Below are positions 59,347-64,000 of a stretch of DNA of 64,000 nucleotides, in pieces. A program made the position numbers and the translations under genes. The stretch is from Bacillota bacterium. Lineage in GTDB: Bacteria; Bacillota; Limnochordia; Darwinibacteriales; Darwinibacteriaceae. Position 1 is the stretch's first letter; the number at the start of each line of letters is the position of its first letter. Below the pieces are notes generated by a model. It did not search any database. It saw nothing but the letters and a program-made list of their open reading frames with translations, and was not told the DNA's origin. The stretch covers positions 65,972-129,971 of the forward strand of contig DURH01000020.1 in assembly GCA_012837385.1 (NCBI GenBank), in the 5' to 3' direction.

Positions 59347-60172
59347 TCTTCTATTTGAGCCTTTTCAATATGGGTTTATGGTGCGGGCCTTTGTCGGTGT
59401 TGGCCTGGTGGCGGTTGTGGCAGCAGCCATTGGTACATTTGTTGTACTTAAGGGCTTGGCCTTTATGGGCGATGCCATTGCCCACACTGCTTTTACCGGT
59501 ATTGCCATCGGCCTGCTGCTGGGTGTTTCAATTCACTTAGGCGCGCTGGTCTTTGCCCTGCTAACCGCTTTAGGCGTTGTGTTTCTAACCAGAGTCTCCA
59601 ACGTGAGAAATGATACCGCCCTGGCTATCCTTTTCACCGGGGTCTTCGCCTTGGGTATCGTGCTGCTGGCTTCCAGCCCAGGCTTTGTGGGGGATTTGAA
59701 CAGCCTGCTCCTCGGTTCCGTACTGGCCATCCAAGCTGAGGAGATAGCCCTCATCGCCGTCTTTGCCCTGGTGCTCTTAGGGGTTTTGGGCGTTTTCTTT
59801 TCCCATTTTGTCTTGATCTCCTTTGATCCTGTGGGTGCTGAGGCTGCGGGGTTTCCAGTAGCAGTCTTCCAAAGCCTTCTTCTGGCCTTAATTGCAGTTG
59901 CCATCGTCATTTCCATCCAAGCTGTAGGGGTGGTGCTGGTGGTTGCCCTCTTGATCACTCCCGCTGCTACAGCAGGGCTGTTGACCAGGCGGCTGAAACC
60001 GCAGATATTCCTGTCTTCCCTAGTTGGGTTAGCTTCCTCTTTGATCGGTCTGTACATTTCCTACTTCTTCGGTGCTCCTCCAGGAGCAACAGTGGTGTTA
60101 GTGGCCACCATGTTTTTCGCGGTGGTCCTGATTGTGCAGAAGTTGCGCAGGGCAGGAGGGAGGGCATGCTAG
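59336..60172 (+). CDS. znuB: Metal ABC transporter permease (ABC-3 family)
   Basis: Eight TM helices; overlaps znuC by 11 nt. Confidence 0.85.
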   Translation: MSLNLLFEPFQYGFMVRAFVGVGLVAVVAAAIGTFVVLKGLAFMGDAIAHTAFTGIAIGLLLGVSIHLGALVFALLTALGVVFLTRVSNVRNDTALAILFTGVFALGIVLLASSPGFVGDLNSLLLGSVLAIQAEEIALIAVFALVLLGVLGVFFSHFVLISFDPVGAEAAGFPVAVFQSLLLALIAVAIVISIQAVGVVLVVALLITPAATAGLLTRRLKPQIFLSSLVGLASSLIGLYISYFFGAPPGATVVLVATMFFAVVLIVQKLRRAGGRAC

Positions 60173-61089
60173 ATCACCCCCATGTGCTCACCACGATCGT
60201 GGACAACGGTGAGGAAGGCTTGATGGTGAAGGATATCGTTTATGGAAGGCTGGGATTAAGCCGCGGCCTCTTGAGGAGGATGAAAAGAGGTGGAGGGATC
60301 TACCTCAACGGGAAGCGCGACTATCTGACCAGGCGGGTCCAGGCGGGAGATAAGATTCAAATCGTTTTCCATGACGAGAAGACCACGATGGAACCTGAGG
60401 ATCTGCCCCTGAATATCGTGTTTGAAGATGAGTACCTCTTGGTAGTGAATAAGCCGCCTGGCATGTCTGTGCACCCGGCGGGAAGGTATCAAGAAGGGAC
60501 TCTCGCCAACGCGATTGCCCATCACTGGTTGGTGCTCGGCCTCGATACGAAAGTACGTTTAGTGCATCGTCTAGATAGGGACACCTCGGGTCTAATTCTG
60601 GTAGCGAAGGAGCCCTATACTCTGCACGGGCTTTTGGAGCAGTTGAGCCGCCGTGAGCTGGTCAGGGAGTACCTGGCCATTGTCCAAGGATGCCCGGCAG
60701 AGTGCGAAGGGGTGATTACCCTGCCCATCGGCCGCGATCTAACCCACGGTGTGAAGCGCGCTGCCGATCCTCAAGGGAAAGCAGCTAAGACAGTGTACAG
60801 TGTTGTCAAGGGCGGGGAGGAGGCCAGCCTTGTACGCGTCTGTTTAGAGAGTGGCCGCACCCATCAGATTCGGGTGCATTTTGCCCATATTGGCCATCCA
60901 GTAGTGGGCGATCCGCTCTACAGCGAGGCAGTACCAGGTTTGACTGGCCAGGCTCTCCATTCCTGGAAATTGAGGTTTGTTCACCCCAGATCAAAGCAGG
61001 AACACGTCATAACATGCCCCATACCTGAAGCAATGCTCGCGGTTTGGAAAGGGCTAGGGGGAAGGAGTCACCCAGAATGTTTGAAGTGA
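60166..61089 (+). CDS. rluD: RluA-family 23S rRNA pseudouridine synthase (S4 plus catalytic domain, RluD-like)
   Basis: S4-like N-terminus; catalytic HRLDRDTSGLILVAK; RBS GGAGGGAGGG. Confidence 0.85.
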   Translation: MLDHPHVLTTIVDNGEEGLMVKDIVYGRLGLSRGLLRRMKRGGGIYLNGKRDYLTRRVQAGDKIQIVFHDEKTTMEPEDLPLNIVFEDEYLLVVNKPPGMSVHPAGRYQEGTLANAIAHHWLVLGLDTKVRLVHRLDRDTSGLILVAKEPYTLHGLLEQLSRRELVREYLAIVQGCPAECEGVITLPIGRDLTHGVKRAADPQGKAAKTVYSVVKGGEEASLVRVCLESGRTHQIRVHFAHIGHPVVGDPLYSEAVPGLTGQALHSWKLRFVHPRSKQEHVITCPIPEAMLAVWKGLGGRSHPECLK

Positions 61090-61505
61090 CAGGAAAGATG
61101 ATTCAAAGGGGGGCTAAAGCAGGCTTAGAGACAACTTGGGAGTTAGCCAAGGTAGTAGTACCCACCGCAGTAGTGGTGGCTGTTTTTCGTGCCAGCGGAC
61201 TCCTAGACACGATCACAGCGTGGTCAGCCCCCTATATGAAGTGGTTTGGCCTTTCAGGCGAGGCAGCTGTGGTTCTGTTCAGCGGCCTTTTCGTCAACCT
61301 CTATGCCGCCGCTGGGAGCATCATGGCCCTCACCCTCAGCGTCAGGGAAATCACCATCTGTGCAGTGATGCTCATGTTCTGCCATTCCCTCTTGGTGGAA
61401 CTGCCCATCAGCAAGAAAGCAGGCAGCCCCTTAAGCTACATTTTCTTGGTCCGTCTCGCCTGCTCTGTGGCAGTAGGCTTAGTGCTGGGGGTGGTGCTGC
61501 CGTGA
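61077..61505 (+). CDS. spmA: Nucleoside-recognition (Gate) domain protein, spore maturation protein A-like
   Basis: Four TM helices. Start ATG 61077 has RBS GGAAGGAG; overlaps the rluD 3' end by 13 nt. Confidence 0.65.
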   Translation: MFEVTGKMIQRGAKAGLETTWELAKVVVPTAVVVAVFRASGLLDTITAWSAPYMKWFGLSGEAAVVLFSGLFVNLYAAAGSIMALTLSVREITICAVMLMFCHSLLVELPISKKAGSPLSYIFLVRLACSVAVGLVLGVVLP

Positions 61506-61960
61506 ATGTGCTGTGGGAAGGACTTATCCAAGGGTTAAAGGGAGTATGGAACATTGCTCTGATTGTGGTTCCCTTAATGATTGTGCTGGAGATAGTGCAG
61601 AGCAACGGCTGGCTGCGCAAGCTTAACCGCTATTTTGCCAAGCCTTTTGCGGGAATCGGCGTAAGTGAAGAAGGTGCCTTTCCCGTGGTTGTGGCTATGG
61701 TGTTTGGCCTTACCTATGGCTCCGGCTTAATTATCAATCATGTGCGCACCGGCAGGGTAACAGCCAAGGAAGCCAAGGTTATCGGCACCTTTATGGCCAT
61801 TTCCCATGCCTTAATTGAAGACACCATTCTCTTCTCTGTCCTGGGTGCATCGCCGCTGCTCCTGCTGCTGCCCCGACTGCTCCTGGCCTATGTGGTGGCC
61901 TTCTTCGTGAACAGATGGACTGTGGAGCCTTCAGCTAAGGGGAACAACCTGAACGCCTAA
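61502..61960 (+). CDS. spmB: Nucleoside-recognition domain protein, spore maturation protein B-like; GTG start overlapping the spmA stop (GTGA)
   Basis: Four TM helices with SpmB-like conserved segments (GVSEEGAFPVVVAMVFGLTYGSG). The ORF-track 61136-61501 portion overlaps spmA in another frame and is not coding. Confidence 0.6.
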   Translation: MNVLWEGLIQGLKGVWNIALIVVPLMIVLEIVQSNGWLRKLNRYFAKPFAGIGVSEEGAFPVVVAMVFGLTYGSGLIINHVRTGRVTAKEAKVIGTFMAISHALIEDTILFSVLGASPLLLLLPRLLLAYVVAFFVNRWTVEPSAKGNNLNA

Positions 61961-63241
61961 AAGCAGCCAGTGGTACTGGCCGGGAGTCAAATCCAGTTTG
62001 AGCAGGAACTTCGCACCATCAAGTGGTGGTGTGAGCACTGTGATTGAGAACGGCTCCAGGGTGACATGTTCAATGGTCCAAGGCTCGCTGCTGTCCAGGC
62101 TGAACAGCAGGTGCAGGATTTCTTCCGCATCCTGCTGCAGATCGGGTGCCAGGAGGGAGCTGATCTTCCCTTGGTCCTCCATTTGCAGAGCTGCCTGGAG
62201 CTCCTGCAGGAAGAGTTCACAGGAGTCAGCCACTTCCTTGGGCACTGTCGGCTCATAGGGAGTAAGGCGGAACTGGTGAAGCTGCAGGGAACCCGCCTCT
62301 TCCCTCCACGCCATGGAGGCTAGGTACCTATCTCCCCGTTCGGTGGAGAAGACAACAGTATAGTCCTGGTATGGGTCTTCAGGCATTGCGACGATTTCGG
62401 CGATGACTCTACCGTAGTAAGGGGGCAGGCTGGCTAGATAGTGAGCCAGCCCTTCTTCTTGTAAGGCTGGGCTGAGGAGTTCTGCAAGCTCGGCTTGGCT
62501 CCGCAGGCCCAAGGCTCTGGTAAACCTGTTGATCTGAATCTGAACCCTTGCCGCAAAGGGATCCCTGGGCTGTTCTTCTGGCTCGCCCTGCTCGGCTTCC
62601 TCTAGAGAAGCCGGCTCTTCTCCTAGCTCAGCTAGGTCCGCCGTCTCAACAGGCGCTAACCACTCTTCCGATTCTTCGACCAGTGCTTCTTCTGGATCCT
62701 CGGGTTCCTCTGCGGGCTTAAAGGAGTAATTTACCAGCTTGAGGTTGGGATATGACGAGGAGGGCTGGAGCAGAACTAGACTGAATGAGCCTTCGGTACT
62801 TGTTTCCCGTACCTCTCCTTCGGCAACCTCCCAGCCTAGGGGCAGCTGAACTGCCACGTCCCAGTCTTGTGCTGGGATGGTGAACTCTGGAAGCCAGAGC
62901 TGGTCACGCCCAAGGACTGCTTCCTGCTGCTTTGGTTCGATGAGCCCTTCATAGGAGAAGCTGATGGTTTGGGGACCCAGCTGCCGCACCGCCAGGATGA
63001 CGGTGGTACCGTGGGGATGCCGCTCTACTCTATATTCCATCAAGTGATCGGCCCAAAACTCCGTCAAGTGGGCGGTGGGGAAGATCAGGAAAGATAGCGA
63101 TGCCGCCTCAGGTTCGATCACCATCTCCCCAGATACCCTTAGAAAACCGCTTTCAGGCACATAAAAGACATTGATTCCAGCTTGTGCCGTTCCCCAGAGT
63201 AAGAGGACGAGCAGAACAACCAGCAGACTTCTCTTCATCAT
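61931..63241 (-). CDS. Secreted hypothetical protein with a central highly acidic Glu/Pro/Ala-rich linker
   Basis: Signal peptide MMKRSLLVVLLVLLLWGTAQA. ATG 63241 has RBS GGGAGG; no recognisable catalytic motif; 30-nt convergent overlap with spmB. Confidence 0.6.
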   Translation of the reverse strand: MMKRSLLVVLLVLLLWGTAQAGINVFYVPESGFLRVSGEMVIEPEAASLSFLIFPTAHLTEFWADHLMEYRVERHPHGTTVILAVRQLGPQTISFSYEGLIEPKQQEAVLGRDQLWLPEFTIPAQDWDVAVQLPLGWEVAEGEVRETSTEGSFSLVLLQPSSSYPNLKLVNYSFKPAEEPEDPEEALVEESEEWLAPVETADLAELGEEPASLEEAEQGEPEEQPRDPFAARVQIQINRFTRALGLRSQAELAELLSPALQEEGLAHYLASLPPYYGRVIAEIVAMPEDPYQDYTVVFSTERGDRYLASMAWREEAGSLQLHQFRLTPYEPTVPKEVADSCELFLQELQAALQMEDQGKISSLLAPDLQQDAEEILHLLFSLDSSEPWTIEHVTLEPFSITVLTPPLDGAKFLLKLDLTPGQYHWLLLGVQVVPLS

Positions 63242-63372
63242 GCAACCTCCCGGCCACTGTGAGTAAACCCCTCGTACCTTATGTTTAATCTTTTTCATTG
63301 AAATCCCTGCCAAGAGTTGTTATAATTAAGACTGTGCACAAAGTGTGCTCAATACCATGGGGAGGTACAAGG

Positions 63373-64000
63373 ATGCATCCATACATAGAATTCGTGAATC
63401 CACATCTCGGTAAACTGATCACAGAGATTGGGTTAGGTAAGCGCTTTCAACGAGGCCAGGGCGTCTATTTATATGATCACGAGGGTGACCAATACTTAGA
63501 CTGCATTGCCGCTTACGGAGCTCTGCCCTTTGGCTACAATCCTCCCGAGATTTGGCAGGCCCTGCATGGGATCGAGTCCAGACAGGAGCCTAGTTTTATC
63601 CAGCCTTCCCTCTTAGAGGCAGCTGGCGAGCTGGCCGCCCGTTTGATTGCGGTGGCACCGCCTGGCCTGCAGTATGTTACCTTTGCCAACAGCGGCGCTG
63701 AGGCTGTGGAAGCGGCCTTCAAGTTGGTGCGGGCCAAGACTGGAAAACCTGCCATTTTGTCCACTAGAAACAGCTTCCACGGCAAAACTTTAGGGGCGCT
63801 ATCGGCAACTGGAAATGAAAACTATCAAAAGGTCTTTCGTGCCCCTGTTGAGGGTTTTCGTTATATTCCCTATGGAGATCCAACTGCCCTAGAAGAGTAC
63901 TTAAAGGAGTACGCCCATGACACTGCCGCCTTTATCGTGGAGCCCATCCAGGGTGAAGGAGGTATCGTGGAGCCTCCCGCGGGTTATCTGCGTAAGGTGC
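63373..64000 (+). CDS. Class III (PLP-dependent, omega-) aminotransferase, acetylornithine/GABA aminotransferase-like; 3' end beyond the window
   Basis: Open frame from ATG 63373 (RBS GGAGG) to the window end with no stop: ...FANSGAEAVEAAFKLVRA...SFHGKTLGALS...EPIQGEGG. It is absent from the ORF track because it has no stop in the window. Confidence 0.8.
   Translation, partial: MHPYIEFVNPHLGKLITEIGLGKRFQRGQGVYLYDHEGDQYLDCIAAYGALPFGYNPPEIWQALHGIESRQEPSFIQPSLLEAAGELAARLIAVAPPGLQYVTFANSGAEAVEAAFKLVRAKTGKPAILSTRNSFHGKTLGALSATGNENYQKVFRAPVEGFRYIPYGDPTALEEYLKEYAHDTAAFIVEPIQGEGGIVEPPAGYLRKV

Noticed and set aside
61136-61501. 5' part of the 274-aa ORF overlapping spmA out of frame
   Set aside because: This segment translates to an Arg/Ser/Cys-rich peptide with no RBS. 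The real second gene begins at GTG 61502, coupled to the spmA stop.
63534-63785. 83-aa minus-strand ORF
   Set aside because: It lies antisense inside the well-supported class III aminotransferase reading frame and has no RBS.

Overview
This 64 kb window appears to come from a moderately GC-rich, spore-forming Firmicute, probably a Clostridia-like genome. The evidence is cwlD, spmA/spmB, a hut operon using the formiminotransferase route, a T-box-controlled tyrS, GlnRS, and GGAGG-type ribosome-binding sites. Most of the window is densely packed, same-sense core metabolism and translation genes: rlmD, rsgA, gdh, cls, rlmA, hutH-hutU-ftcD-hutI-fch, tyrS, mnmA, pckA, cca, sfsA, psuG/psuK, glnS, luxS, mtnN, pgi, manA, znuACB and rluD. 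I found no CRISPR array, transposase, integrase or tRNA/rRNA gene. The accessory-looking content is: (i) a sharply AT-rich islet at about 1.9-4.4 kb carrying a membrane-anchored alpha/beta hydrolase and a WYL-domain regulator, followed by RidA and an Arr-type rifampin ADP-ribosyltransferase with an unusual N-terminal extension; (ii) a translationally coupled pair of a DPPY-like SAM methyltransferase and an uncharacterised protein with DxD and HHD metal-binding-like motifs; (iii) a tandem of two PIN/NYN-like predicted nucleases (YaiI/DUF188 plus NYN-LOTUS-cold-shock) next to an endonuclease-IV-fold TIM-barrel protein and a GNAT; (iv) an sfsA-HAD-kinase-methyltransferase-psuG-psuK operon that widens the pseudouridine catabolic module; (v) an rsgA paralogue preceded by a long leader that carries two terminator-like hairpins. 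Several regulatory elements are readable directly: a tyrosine T-box leader, intrinsic terminators and sigma-A-like promoters. All calls come from reading the sequence and from motif knowledge. No database search was run, so family assignments below superfamily or motif level are inference.
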